Assembly: GCA_035221665.1 (NCBI GenBank)
Contig: CM069131.1
Location: 25,606,001 to 25,670,000, forward strand
Origin: Okamejei kenojei
Lineage: Eukaryota
DNA: 64,000 nucleotides
Reading direction: 5' to 3'
Under the pieces are notes generated by a model that did no database searches, had not been told where the DNA came from, and saw only the letters and a program-made list of their open reading frames with translations. Positions 1-13,045 of this stretch are shown piece after piece (positions within the stretch are counted from its first letter, which is position 1; every line of letters begins with the position of its first letter). Position numbers and translations under genes: made by a program.

Positions 1-1891
1 TGCATTCTTCTGCCTGTTTTATTCTGATTTTATGTGGTGGTTTCAAGCTGCAGAAATATACATGAAATGGTGTGTAAGGTATTAAAGGATAATTTGGATG
101 AACTTCAAGCTTTTCACACAAGGCAGTTGCTCCTAGATATGGGTGCATTGACAGGAATATCTCTCGGAATGCAGCATGGCTATGAGAGTGAGCAGAAGCC
201 ATGTAGAGTAAACAAGCTGTTGGATGAGGGAGGAAGAAGGAAAACAGAGCTCTCATTTGAACAGCTACAATGATCCTTGGCAATGAATCGTCTAAAATGT
301 CTACACTTTCAGTGAGGACATCCTCACTGAAATATGTCTCTTGTTTCAACCACAGCTACAACTTAAGGTTAGAAAGAAACTGTGCCAGTGGTTGTTAAGG
401 TACAATATTTAGATCGTGAATATTGCAGTCTTTTCCATAGTAAAGTGTGGCATGCACATCACTTTGCAGACCACATGTTAACTTCCGATGTACTGGATCA
501 AAAACTGTCCTGTTCCATAATGTCCAGTTGATGAGAGACAACAGGTATCAAATCGTGCAGTTAATGCCTCATCGCTCACACAGTGTTTATTCTGGCTCAT
601 TCCTCTGTGCCAGCAACATTTGACATACCACAACAAATGCATGTTGGTTATTAGGTGAAAGGCAATAGCCAGTGACTATACTGATGATGACTGCAAATCT
701 GATGGAATGGACCATCGATTTGTTGGATCAACACTTTTGATCGCTGGACTAACCTGGAGAAACCCTGCTGTAAAAGCCAGATAGAGTGTTAACATTTATG
801 GTAAGTTTTTATGGGCATGAGTTGATCAAGGAGAGCCAACATTATGGATAGCTGATTTTTGTTGATAGATTAGAGTATCATTGAACAATATCTACACGAT
901 CTCCAGAAAGCATTCAATCAGGTTTCAACAAAAGACATCTGGCATAAATGAGAATGCATTGAATTGGACACATACTTTAGTTTCAGGTTGGAAATTGATC
1001 AGGATTTTAAACATTTAAACTTTGTACTTGTATCTACGTCCAGTGCGTCCTCTGGCAGCTCATTCCACATACCCACCTCCCTCTGCATTGAAAAAGTTGC
1101 GCCTCCATTTTTACAACACTGGCAACGCATAATCTTTTATAGTCACAATTTTCTTTCCAGATATTTTTCATATTTATATTCCTTTTAAGAAATTACCTGT
1201 GCTTAAGAAATTAAAAAGTCAACTCATGAAGTATGGAATACATTTTAAACAATGGAATGCAAATTATTTTAAGTTTTGCTGGAGCCTGACAATATAACTG
1301 AAATGACAAGTTTAGAGTACTGTGTTAAATTTTAATTTTAATACCAAGGAAACCGCAAAACAAATTTTGGATCAACAAGCATTGACTCAACAAGGAGACC
1401 AGAGTATGACTGGGTTCTGTACACCTGATTAATTGTGTTAGTATATAACAACGTGGTACTGTCACACTACACAAGCCTCAGATGTTACTAATACTGCAAT
1501 GATTTCAATTATTGATGAAATGGCTGGCACTGGCCTCAGTAATAATCGTTGGCCTTCAGAGTGTTCTGTTATATTCTAGTTTGGTTAGCATTCAAAGCAG
1601 GGAAAATTATCAGGCACTGTGCAATCCCCTTAGATTAACCAGGTATTTTTGACTGATGTTAAACTGCTGATGCTGCATGTTAGTTTTAAATGTCATTGCA
1701 GTGGCTCTCAACCAATTTATCAAAATAGTCAGGAGTCCAGTGTTGGGCATGCAAGTTACCTGTCCTGCCCTACGGCAGGTGACTAAGGGCTACATTACTG
1801 GGTTTGTTGGCTGAGAGTTGGTTTGCTTATCTTTCCAGTAAATTTGGGGGATTGTCTACAAATACCAGAAATCTATTTGGTCTTTATACAG

Positions 1892-2000
1892 GTCTGAATG
1901 GGAATAGATCCTTTCCAGTTTCGACAATTCTCGATAAGTATAAAGTCGGGAAGGTGATTGGAGATGGGAATTTTGCAGTTGTTAAAGAATGTGTGGAGAG
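1892..2000 (+). CDS. DCLK2: DCLK2 coding exon (kinase N-lobe start, Gly-rich loop)
   Basis: Acceptor tctttatacag|, donor |gtaagt. Translates (G)[35 protein letters not shown](R). NGNR and [14 protein letters not shown] fit DCLK2 better than DCLK1. Upstream DCX-domain exons lie outside the window. Confidence 0.95.
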
Positions 2001-2706
2001 GTAAGTATTATTACCCATGTACTTGTAATTTTGCAAGAAACACGTCCGATATGATTCAACCCCTAAGCCTATTTGCATGAAACTTTATCAAGGTTTTCAC
2101 TGTCTTTCTATTGATCACAAATATGTAATCCACACACTGAATATGTCATGTTGGAATTAGCATGGTATTAGATGCGATTCCAAATATGGATTCTTGCCCC
2201 TCTCTGCCATCCCGACATTCCCATTGGAATTGTTGGCACTTACATTTGAAGGGCCGAAATCATGTACCTCTTTTAAAGAGGAGTTTTTGAGAATCATCCT
2301 GGAAAATTATGCAGTCCGCTATCGATTAGTGACCATAATCAACAGTTAATGATTAGTAACAGATCCAGATCCCAACTCATAGAGCCTACTCACATAAGGG
2401 TGGTGGGTGTATGGAACAAGCTACCAGAGGAGGTAGTTGAGGCTGGGACTATCCCAACATTTAAGAAACAGTTAGACAGGTACATGGATAGGAGGGATAT
2501 GGCCCAAACAGGTATCATTCTATGACTCTATTACTCAAAATCTTCTAATTTTAATAACAGTCAAGCTGGCTGGTAGAATAGGGAGTATCTATTGATATGG
2601 AGAAAATTTCACGTTGAGAGAAGAAAAATACCTCGAGCTATTCTTTGAGACTGAAAATTATTTTTGTACCACAAATAAGATACTTATGTACCTGTATCTT
2701 ACCCAG

Positions 2707-2764
2707 ATCCAGTGGCAAAGAGTTTGCATTGAAGATAATTGACAAGGCCAAGTGCAGTGGTAAG
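2707..2764 (+). CDS. DCLK2: DCLK2 coding exon (VAIK-equivalent lysine)
   Basis: tcttacccag| ... |gtaaga; 58 nt, phase-compatible; (R)SSGKEFALKIIDKAKCSGK. Confidence 0.95.
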
Positions 2765-3589
2765 GTAAGAAGATATCCTCTTGGCTATTGCTTCATTGTT
2801 CCTCACTAAATTTTGGAATGTGCAATTGGTATTCTTAATACACTTTCATGTGACAAAAAGCATGGAGTTATGACTCTTGTGTACAATGAAATAAGGGAAG
2901 AAATGGGCATGATGCTGCATATATTCTAGAATTTGCTTAATTAACTTCAGGGATCTAAGAGAAATAACCCATCTGTCCCGCACTAACTTACCCAAAAGTT
3001 TTATTCTGTATTTGTAGTGTGTCTCATCCCTAAAGTTCTGTGGCTTCTAATATGTAGGGAGGCAATGGGTGTCACAGGGTTCAATTGCAGGTGGTCCCTG
3101 TGAGACTACTCCACGGAAGAGCTGCACTTTTCTGGCCCACCACTTATATTTTTGCATGCTTATTTGGTTCTCATTGGACAATAATGCAAGCAAATGGCAT
3201 CCGAATGAAACCAGTGAACCATTTAATTACATCCAACACTTCCCAGTTCCTGCTCATTGCTTATTGAGAGCAGGCCATCAGTAGATTTGATTGCATGCGA
3301 CTACACTAATACTTTGCCACAACGGTAATGCTTTGGTTTCATCTCCATCCAGTGAACAGATGAAGATGTAGATGGTAACGAGGCCTCTGTTTAAAACAGC
3401 TGGAATTTATTAAACATCGATATAATTGGGTTTTTTAAACAAAGAAAAATATATTTGATATCATAAAACCAGAAAATATAAAACATAGGGGAAACTGCCT
3501 GTCAAAAAAGAGCTACAAAGCCTTACCCCACCTTCCATCAATCATCCATTATCCTTAATGTTATGGATCTTCATAAGTTTTAGCAGCAG

Positions 3590-4790
3590 AGACAAGCCAT
3601 TTGGCCCATCAAGTTTACTCTGCCATTCAATCATGGTTGATCTATCTTTCACTCTCAACCCCATTCTCCTGCTTTATCCCTACATCCCATGACACTAATC
3701 AAGAACCTGCCAATCTTTGCCTTGGAAAAATATCTATTGACTTGGCCTCCACAGCTGCCTGTAGCAATGAATTCCACAGATTCACCACACTCTGACTAAA
3801 GATCTTCAACTATTCATCTAAATATTTTTTTAATTGGTGAGCGTTTCAGCCTCTACCATCCTAAAAGCAATGGGTTCCAGATTTCTACCCATCTGGGTGA
3901 AAAATGTTTTCTTCTTCTCTCCAATTCTTGCATTAATTACTTTATAACTATACTTCCTAGCTTTTGACTCCTCTGCTAAGGCAAACAGGTCCTTCCTATT
4001 TACCCTTTCTAAGCCTCTCATAATTTCATACACTATTAACTCTTACTTCAGCCTACTCTTTCAAAACAAAACTATCATATCCAGTCGATCCTCTTTGCTA
4101 CAGTTTTCCAGACCCATCAACATGCTCACAAATGTTCTGTACAATCGCAAGTTTCCTGTTATGTGGTGACCTGAACTGTATCTAGTAAAGCTATTGTATA
4201 CAGTTTTCACATAACCCTGTTCTTGCATTCTGTGCTTTGGCCAGTAAAAAAAAGATTCCTTTTATCTTTTTAGCCACTTTATTAACACGTTCTGCTATCC
4301 TTAAGAGATTGTGGCTGTACACTAGAAAGCTTGCTTTGTCCCTCCACACCACTCAGTAATTGTATATTCCTTTGTCTTGTTACTCCTCCTTTCATGCTTG
4401 CCTGCACTAAACTCCATTTTCCCATCAGACTATATTGAACGCTGTTGTGATTTTCCAGAGGTTTATAAAATTATGGGGCATAGATACATTTGACTGTCAA
4501 TGTCTTTTTGGCTGGTGGGGTATATAAACTAGTGGACATAGGTTTAAGGTGAGAGGGAAGAAATTTAAAGTTCTTTTCACACAGAGGATGGTGGTTATAT
4601 GGAATGCGTTGTCAGACGAAATGGTTGAGGCAGATAATTTCAATATTTAAAAGGCATTTGGACAGGTACTTAGATAGGAAAGGAGTAGAGGGATTTTGAC
4701 CTAAAACAGGCAAATGTAATTAGTGTATTCACATTCGGTATGGTTGAGTTTGGCCGAAGGGCCCGTTTTGAGTTGTCCAACATTGTGACT
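3590..4790. mobile_element. Cluster of decayed CR1 LINE 3' fragments (two on minus, one on plus)
   Basis: CR1 C-terminal signatures, e.g. ORF 3830-4033 (YEIMRGLERVNRKDLF...FFTQ) and plus-strand ttcacacagaggatggtgg...tggaatgc near 4575-4610. Confidence 0.7.
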
Positions 4791-5337
4791 CAATAGTTAG
4801 ATAAAGCATTTGTCCAAGTATTCAGCCCTGTGGAAATTAATTTATTAAAGAACAATTAATTTATTTGCTATTGATTCAATATCAGTTAAAGTATAATCAA
4901 GGTCCTTTATTAAGCAAACTATTTTTTAATTAGAACTAAAATCATTTCCTTAAAACGCAGTGTCAAATATGTGTGTTGAATTATCTTCTGTGGTGCAAAA
5001 TAAACCTTTATATCCACATGTTCAGAAACGATGGCTATTTTCAAAATGCAATTCCCACACAAGAAGTCTGTCGAACCAGTTTTACAGACATTGTGCCCCA
5101 TTCCTCTTAACATCCTGGGCATCAGGAAATTGAAGCAGTGCTTTGTCCAATGATATACCCATCATATTTTAAATAGGTGATGATGTCCATTTCGTTAATT
5201 AACAAGGTAAATTGGATATAAAGTTTAAAGTTTATAATCTTGTAAATAACACAGATTGAATTGAGGAGTAACTCACAATGAAAATAGTAAATTATGAATT
5301 AAAATTATCTCCACTTCAGGAGGGCAAATAATGTTTA

Positions 5338-5592
5338 ATTTAGTTTAGCGATCCACTCGTTCTATGTTATTCCAGTTTTGTATACACTCCCTACACATTC
5401 AGGACAATTTACAGAGGCCAATTGATTTACAAACCCTCAAGTCTTTGGGATGTGGGAGGAAACCAGAATATCCATGAGGAAAACCATTTAGACACAGGGA
5501 GAACGTGCAAACTCCACACGGACAGCACCCGAGGTTAGGATCAAACCTGGGTCTCTGCCTTTTGTGAGGCAGCAGCTCTTCCACTGCACCAC
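5338..5592 (-). mobile_element. tRNA-derived SINE (elasmobranch HE1-like)
   Basis: Reverse complement reads cagtggtgcagtggaagagctgctgcctcac...ggtttgatcc (A/B boxes); body matches the copy at 48828; (ctaaa)n tail. Confidence 0.75.
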
Positions 5593-5969
5593 TGAGGTGT
5601 ATAATATTAGTACTACATATTAGTACTACCTATTGCATAATGTCATAGAAGGAAACGATTTGACCCATCAAGTTTGTGCCAGTTTCTGCAATCCTCTTCC
5701 CTCACTTATTTTCCTGTAACCTATTTTCACTCAAATGCCCATGAATACTCCACTGATTCTCCTTTCACAACCTATACTACAGATAATTTATAGTAGCTAA
5801 TTAACCTACTAACTAGCACATCAAATCGCCCAGATGGGAACCACACCATCACAGGCAGAATGAGCACCATCGACATCACCAGAGGTCAGGATTGAATCCA
5901 GGTCACTGGAGCTGTGAGGTAGAAGTTCTACCTGCTCAGTCACTATGCTACCAACCTAGGCATAAGAAT

Positions 5970-6007
5970 GGTAGACACAACCAGCATCTGCAGTTCTTTC
6001 CTACATA
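5970..6007. mobile_element. 38-bp Penelope-terminus micro-insertion with 12-bp TSD
   Basis: aggcataagaat at 5958-5969 and 6008-6019 flanks gtagacaca + accagcatctgcagttctttcctaca; both pieces occur in the longer PLE termini in this window. Confidence 0.7.
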
Positions 6008-7359
6008 AGGCATAAGAATATTCTATCTGAGATAAGTACACTTTAAATTAAAATATTGATCTGTTGAGAAGCAAGGTTCGGTACAGTGTGGAAGATTTTT
6101 TTTGTTATTTTGAAAATGTCTGTTTCAAAATCCATTTTTAAAATTCTTCAGGTTTTATTTCGGGAACATGGAAATTTTTGGAAATGGGTGAATTTCTAGA
6201 ATATAAGCCTTGTTTTGAATTGTTGTATTGAGGCACTGAAAATTTGCATTCATCTGAAACTTGAATGCTCTATCTACTCCTACCTCAAAATAGGCTGAAG
6301 AACGAGGGATTACAGAGCCAGAGATCCCTGAAAGCAACAGGAGAGATAATGAGGTTGGTTAAGGAAGCGCATATAAAAGTTGACCACATAGTTCATATCT
6401 GTTTCAGAGTTGTCCATGCATTGCGTGGAAGGCCTACTACAGGCCCTGGTTTCTTAGGGTCAGTGAAGAGGTCCTTGACCAGAGTGTTGTAGTTGTCCAA
6501 TTGAGACCACCGTTAGTAAACAAGGTGTAACAACAAATAGTATCTCTTCCAATCTGCTGTCCTTGACTTGAGTTACAATTCTGCAATGAATCAAATGTGT
6601 TAAATCCCCAGTGATATAATCAGGTGAATTGGACACAAAGAATTCCATTCTCCTGTCTGGATTGCAGTTGGAGAAAGAGTTGAGGACATTAATAGGATGT
6701 TGCCAGGGCAAGAAATGTTAGATATAATGAGAGATTGGCACCATCTAACCAACGTTTCCAATGGACAAAGAAGGCTTGATGGACTTAAAACTTCTTTGCC
6801 CGTTTTCAATGGACAAAGAAGTTTTAACAGAGCTGCATAAAACTATGAGAGGCGTAGAACATGTGGGCAGAAAGGAACCATTCCGATATTTGGCAGCTCG
6901 TTAACTAGGGAATGTAGGAATGTGATTAATAAAAGATGAGAAAGTATTTGGGCAAAACAACTTTCAGCAAAGAATGGTAGTTGCGTTAAACTCGCTACTT
7001 GAAAGGAGAGTGGCAGCAGGAATCCTTATCACATTTAAAAGTCCAAATGACAAGTGACGTCCCAAAACCTACAGGGCAATATGCTGAGCGGGGTGGGATT
7101 AGCCTAAATACCTTGTTTTTAACCTGCTTCCATGTCATAACTTTGTTTTCTATGTCATAACTTTCTATTATGTGGCAAACCCACGTCATAAAATATAGGT
7201 ACAAATTAATGATGTCGTCCAGCTCCCTGATGCTTTGCCTGCTGGGAATGTGCATTTGTAATTTATATGCGGACCACAAAATTGTGCCACATCTAAACTC
7301 TACCAAAATGGAGTTTCAGTTGATGTTTTATCTCAAGCAATCCGTGCTGCTTTACAAAA

Positions 7360-9230
7360 TCATAATAATCTGGTGCTGAAAATATGCAACTGGTTGGACA
7401 GCATCTGTGAAGGGGGAAAGAATGTCAACATTTTAACTTGATTTCTTTCTAACTGAACTGAAAAAATTAAGGGATTGAATGGCGTTTAAACATATATAAA
7501 TGTAGAGAGAGTTAGGAGGGGAGAAAAGAATAACTGGCCCACGATCTGCTGGAAAGCAGGAGTGGAAGTCAAACATGTATGCTAAAGGAGCAAGAAACAC
7601 AAGATGAGTTATAAGAGGTAGAGGAATCTTGGTGTTTGCTCATTTTTAAAAATGGGACGTGTTTGTTATCTGAAATTGCTGCACTGAATTTTGAGTTCAA
7701 AGGGTGGGAAGTGGCTGATCAAGGAAATGCTGTTTCTCAGTTTCAGGAGCAATAAAAGAGTTCAACTGATACAGGTTCAAGGTGGAAAGAACCAGAAAAT
7801 AAATTGTCAAGCATCTGGAAACTTATGGTTATACTTGCAGGCTGAACAAATGCATTTGTGCAAAGCAGCATCTAATCTGCTTTTCATTTTACAGTTTACA
7901 AAGCAAAATGCATCAAGGGCAATGCAATGCAGTATTGTAATTTGGAAGAATAAAAGTAAATGCTTTTTCATCCGACTGTGCGCTTAGGAGGCCCTGAAGG
8001 ATGGGGAGGGAGAAAATAAAAAGGTGGATGTGACATATTTGCAAAATCACCGGTAGGTGCAGCGAAGGAGAGAAACATGTTAAGGCATTTTGAAGAGTTG
8101 GAGTGGACCAGAATGTCATAGAGGAACAATCCTATGGATAGTTAAGGGGCTGTCCCACTTGGGTGACCTAAGTGGCGAGTTTAGAAGAGTTTGAAAAAAT
8201 GACACGTTGAAGACCTCCTTCTACTATGTAGAAGACCTCCTTCGACTATGTTGAAGACCAGCTTCGACTAGCTACGACTATCTTCGGGAAAATTGGACAC
8301 CGAATAGTGGAAAGTGAAGACGACCTCATTCGACCTCCCTTCGACCTCCCATCGATTATGAGGCAGAGTATCTATAACTATCTTCGACTACTCTCGATTG
8401 CCTACGACTAACATGCCGACCTACTACGACCTATTATGACCTACAATGACTAAACCTACGAATAAAAAAGTATCGATTTTTTTCCATGGCAACCATATTT
8501 TACGTGCGGGCACTTTTTAACAAATTGAAAAAAACGCCGCGACCTAGCTGAGGCCTCGAGTACGCAGAGACCACTCTCGAGCATGAAGGAGAGTTACAAA
8601 GACCTCCGGCGACCTCGTGTCGAGCGTGCTGCGAGTATGAGTCGAGGGTAAACTCGCCAGAACTCGTGGATTAGGTCGCCCAGATGGGACAGGCCCTTTA
8701 AAGCGGGAGGAAAAAAATGGGTTTGATGGTAACACCATCTGGAGGTGGACCAGAGGGAGCATTTTGATTCATCATATATGGAGGATGATGGCTTCGAAGG
8801 TGTGGGCAAGGGGGTCTAATAAAGTTCCAGAAATGAGAGGAAGAAAGCATGGAAAATGTGACAAAAAATTATGTCATCCATGGTGAAGAAGATTGTTCAT
8901 TTGGGATGTTTATCAGAAGCACTATTGTGAGAATGGATATCATCAGAACAAATGCAATTGAGGCTGAGAAACTGAGAGACAGAAAGCGGGATGGAAGAAA
9001 TTATAATTAACGTTAAATCAACCTACCATCAGCATATTGTAGACGATGTTCAAAGGACAATGGTGACAGAGATAGAAGAAACGGAAAGAGATGAGAATGG
9101 GCAATGTACACCCAAGACGAGAGTGGAGATTGGAAACAAATTAGATGAAATTTTCCTTAATGAGACAAGGGCAATGGATCAAAAAATCTTGTATTGTGCG
9201 AGAGATCAGATGTATGGAGAAAAGCAGATG
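7360..9230 (-). mobile_element. Old decayed Penelope-like element, interrupted by a MITE
   Basis: Diverged pLTR-like sequence near 7370-7460 and sequence near 7660-7710 resembling the antisense of the GIY-YIG C-terminus seen at 46010-46090; purine-rich antisense body; boundaries approximate. Confidence 0.5.
8145..8697. mobile_element. PIF/Harbinger-type MITE copy 1
   Basis: TTA|AGGGGCTGTCCCAC ... TGGGACAGGCCCT|TTA; CpG-rich with internal ~21-bp gaagacctccttcgactatgt repeats. Confidence 0.85.
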
Positions 9231-9359
9231 GAGAGAGATATAACAGAAACATTATTTGAAGTGAATCAAATTTGGATATTTGCTGCTTTCACCAAAAAGA
9301 AGCCTGGTCAATGTTGTTATTTTATTGCTGGTGAGATTTAATTTGTACTCTGATTTTAG

Positions 9360-9479
9360 GAGCATTTAATTGAAAATGAGGTGGCAGTCCTACGGAAGGT
9401 TAAGCATCCTAATATCATCATGTTAATTGAAGAGATGGATACACCAACAGAACTCTACTTGGTCATGGAACTCGTCAAG
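9360..9479 (+). CDS. DCLK2: DCLK2 coding exon (alphaC helix to hinge)
   Basis: tgattttag| ... |gtagga; 120 nt, phase 0-0; [40 protein letters not shown]. Confidence 0.95.
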
Positions 9480-11962
9480 GTAGGAAGGATCGGTGAGGCT
9501 GTAAGTGAATGTGCTGAGGAATTAATATAATTCAGTTGAACGCTTTGAGAGCAGGTCACGCAAAAGCAAGATTTCCTCTCCATGCATGCAGTCTCTGATA
9601 GTGGTGCGTTTCAAATCCCTCCCTAAAAAGATAGTAACATCTGCGATGGTCATCCCTGACTAGCTCGGCAGAATTAGAAATGCAAACAACAGATGGGGAA
9701 TTTAAAAACGGGGCAAAAGTTGGTATAATCTCATTCCTGCATATTAAATTGGTGATGCATTCATATAAAGACTAGAACCTGAGGCCAGAAATTTACCACC
9801 TTGATTCTTTTCAGACTGAAATACCAGATATTTAATTTCAGTTTGATCAGGTGTGTGTACCATCATCAGTGGCTCTGCAGAAATGCTGTGATGAGGATCT
9901 CATTCCTGCCAGCTGCTCACAATTTTAATTTAATTGGCACCATTTGAAATTATATAACATATACTTTTGTCAGTAGTGTGCAATGCTTAAGTTATAGAAT
10001 AACCTAAAATGTGAGGAGACCTTATCCTGAACATGATCCACAATGTTTCAGTATTTCAGTGTGGGTTGTGAAAAAGCCATCAAACCTGTGAAACAGACAT
10101 TAAAACTATGCAAGGAATATAAAGCCTGCATCAAGGCACTACTTCTTTGACTAATGCTCAAAAGATTCTCTAGTTCGACACAGCTTTAATATCTTTTGGG
10201 TTTGTCAATGTAAAACTAAGTTGCCGACCCTGCCCCCACCCCTATATTCTGCTCCACAATAGCCATCTCCCCACTCCCTATAATCCATCCACCCTCCATT
10301 TTTGAAATCTCAGAAAAAACCCAAAGAAGATTGCTTTAAATTCATGACAAGAACCTGGGAAGAGGGGATGGACCTGCATGGTCTGGTTACTGACTACTTG
10401 GGCACAGATGTAACTGATCTGCTTATTGTTTTTAAAAGCTTCCACATTATTTACAGCACCAGGTTGTATATTTGACGGTTATCAATCCCAGCCCAAGTCT
10501 TGCTTTGCTGACGAATTCAAGTCAATTTTCCATGAAGGATTAAGGAATGTGTTTTCCCCAGTTCACGGTAGGTTGGTTGATGTTGTGCTTAACCCTAATT
10601 CACTTGGAAGGAACCAGAGGCATAAGTTAGGTACTATTGCTTCTCCCCATTGCTATCACTGTGTGCAGATCTGATTCCAATTGGCAGTACACCCCCCTGA
10701 TCAGTTAGCAACACTGACATTTGGATGTACCTTGGTGTGTATGCCTCTCTGCTTTCGGAAGGCTCGTTACTGTTACTCTTTCCATGGAGCAGGAGCACCA
10801 GCCTTATATCCATCCTATCAACCTACAAAATCTTAAAGGAGATAGAAAATTTAATCCAACTCTTGTTTTTGGAATTTAGGTTGCAGCAATAAAATATCCT
10901 GCAGCGCTGCTTTAACTGCTCCTTTCCATTTGATCAGGCAAACAGTATTGCACATTCCTGCTGAGATAACTGAGAGGTCTTGCTTTTAGGTAACTGCTTT
11001 TCATTTATCTGGGTTTTGTAGATTAAGTGAAATCATCACATATTTTGTACAAGAGAATTATAGTATCCAGAATTCTATGTCATCTATAATTGTTGGAGCC
11101 TGATTCTGCCCCACAGTTTTGGTGTTGGAGCACGGTGCAGAAAACCAGGTGTGGATCTGTTCCTCAACTTTGAAAGAATCCAATATTTTCTTCTTTTATT
11201 AATCCATTCTCATGTTCTTTACAATGGAGAATATATTAACAAAGAAAATCACTGAGGGATTATTTTCCAAGAATTAAATACAAATCTTGCTCAGTAACCG
11301 TGCTTTCAAATTAGAAGCGGCAAATTCTAGACGTAAAACTGTGAAAAGGTTTATTTTTCAATGTCACCACCCCGACTGAAAATTGTTATGTACTTCAAGG
11401 CTGGTTCTTGGGAGGTTACCGTAAAATGTAATTGTGTCCATCAATCAAAAGCCATCGGTAACAATATAAATATATCAAACAATCAAATAGCACCTGAGGG
11501 ATGTCACCTAGTAACCACATCACTTTTAACTGATAAAAATTGCATCTATCTCATTAAAGATGTCTATTAAGAAGAATTATAAATATGACAGTGGTATGCA
11601 CCCAGGTATTTTAAGTCCATTGCCCTCAGGATGCAATACTTATGTTCAATTATATGCTCAAATTTTAACTGCTAAACACAATTTTTATTACAAAATGCCC
11701 AAGGCAAAATGTGAAGATGTGATTCTGGTGTTGCATTGTAATGAAAATCAACATCCATCCTGTTGAGCAAAATATTTGTTTTCAAATCTCTTTACAACTG
11801 AGGAACAAAAACATATCTTGTTTCATTGACCATTCTGCAGAAAATGACATTTGAAACATAATTTTAGTGAATTTGTGCATCAGTAAAATAACACGTGGTC
11901 AACTCTTGAGACATATTGAATAAATGCCAGTCTCCAGTTGCTCCTCTAGATTGCAGAAGTAA

Positions 11963-12472
11963 AGGGGCTGTCCCACTTGGGCGACCTAATCTGCGAGTTC
12001 TGGCGAGTTTGCCCTCGAATCATACTCGCAGCATGGTCGAGACAAGGTCCTAGGAGGTGTTTGTAACTCTCCTTCATGCTCGAGAGTAGTCCCCGTGTAC
12101 TCGAGGCCTCAGCTAGGTCGCGGCGTATTTTTCAACATTGAAAAATGCCCACGAGTAAAAAAAGGTCGCCTTGGGAAAATTCGACATTTTTTTTACTTGT
12201 AGGTTTAGTCGTAGTTGGCCGGCATGTTAGTCATAGGTAATCGAGGGTAGTCGAAGGTAGACATAGATAGTCTTCATCATAGTCGAAGGAGGTCGAAGGA
12301 GGTCGTCTTCACTCTCCACTATTCGGTGTCCAATTTTCCCGAACTTCGTCGTAGCTAGTCGAAGCTAGTCTTCAACATAGTCAAAGGAGGTCTTCTACAT
12401 AGTCGAAGGAGGTCTTCAACATGACATTTCTTTCAAACTCACCAATTAGGTCGCTCAAGTGGGACAGCCCCT
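11963..12472. mobile_element. PIF/Harbinger-type MITE copy 2 (same subfamily as copy 1, opposite orientation)
   Basis: TAA|AGGGGCTGTCCCACTTGGGCGA ... GTGGGACAGCCCCT|TTA; interior is the reverse complement of 8145-8697. Confidence 0.88.
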
Positions 12473-12764
12473 TTAGTGATCATAGTGGGCAACATTGGCT
12501 GAAACAAAATTCAGAGATTTTTTGCTTAGCAGTCAAAATCCTGATTTAAATTTAGGTTACCATCACCATTACTGTTATCTCCCTTAAAAAAAATTCTGAG
12601 TAAGAATTACCTGTCATCTAAACTTGATCCCAATTGTTACTTGCATTGTAAAACAACACAGCTTAAAATATTCCAAAACTTAAAATTGTGATTCCTGTAT
12701 TTTTATTTCTGTTATTTACAGAAAAATTCAATGTTAGGTGAAGTACAGAATATTTCAGAAATTT

Positions 12765-13045
12765 GGTTCAGAGATACAGCGCAGAAACGGGCCCTTCGGC
12801 CCACCGAGTCCGCACTGACCAATGATCCCCACACATTAACACTACCCTATACACACTAGGGACAATTGCATTTATACATATGATACATTTATATCAAGCT
12901 AATTAACCTACAAAATGGTACATCAAAGAAAACCCACGCGGTCACGGGAGAACGTACAAACTCCATACAGAAAGCAGCCATAGTCGGGATCAACTCCGGG
13001 TCTCCGGTGCTGTAAGGCAGCAGCTCTACCGCTGCGCCACCACGC
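12765..13045 (-). mobile_element. tRNA-derived SINE
   Basis: Reverse complement ggtggcgcagcggtagagctgctgccttacagc; CR1-derived 3' end gccgaagggcccgtttctgcgctgtatctct. Confidence 0.8.

Noticed and set aside
8991-9341. 116-aa ORF next to exon 9360 as an alternative exon
   Set aside because: Purine-rich antisense of a decayed Penelope element; no recognisable protein motif or splice support.
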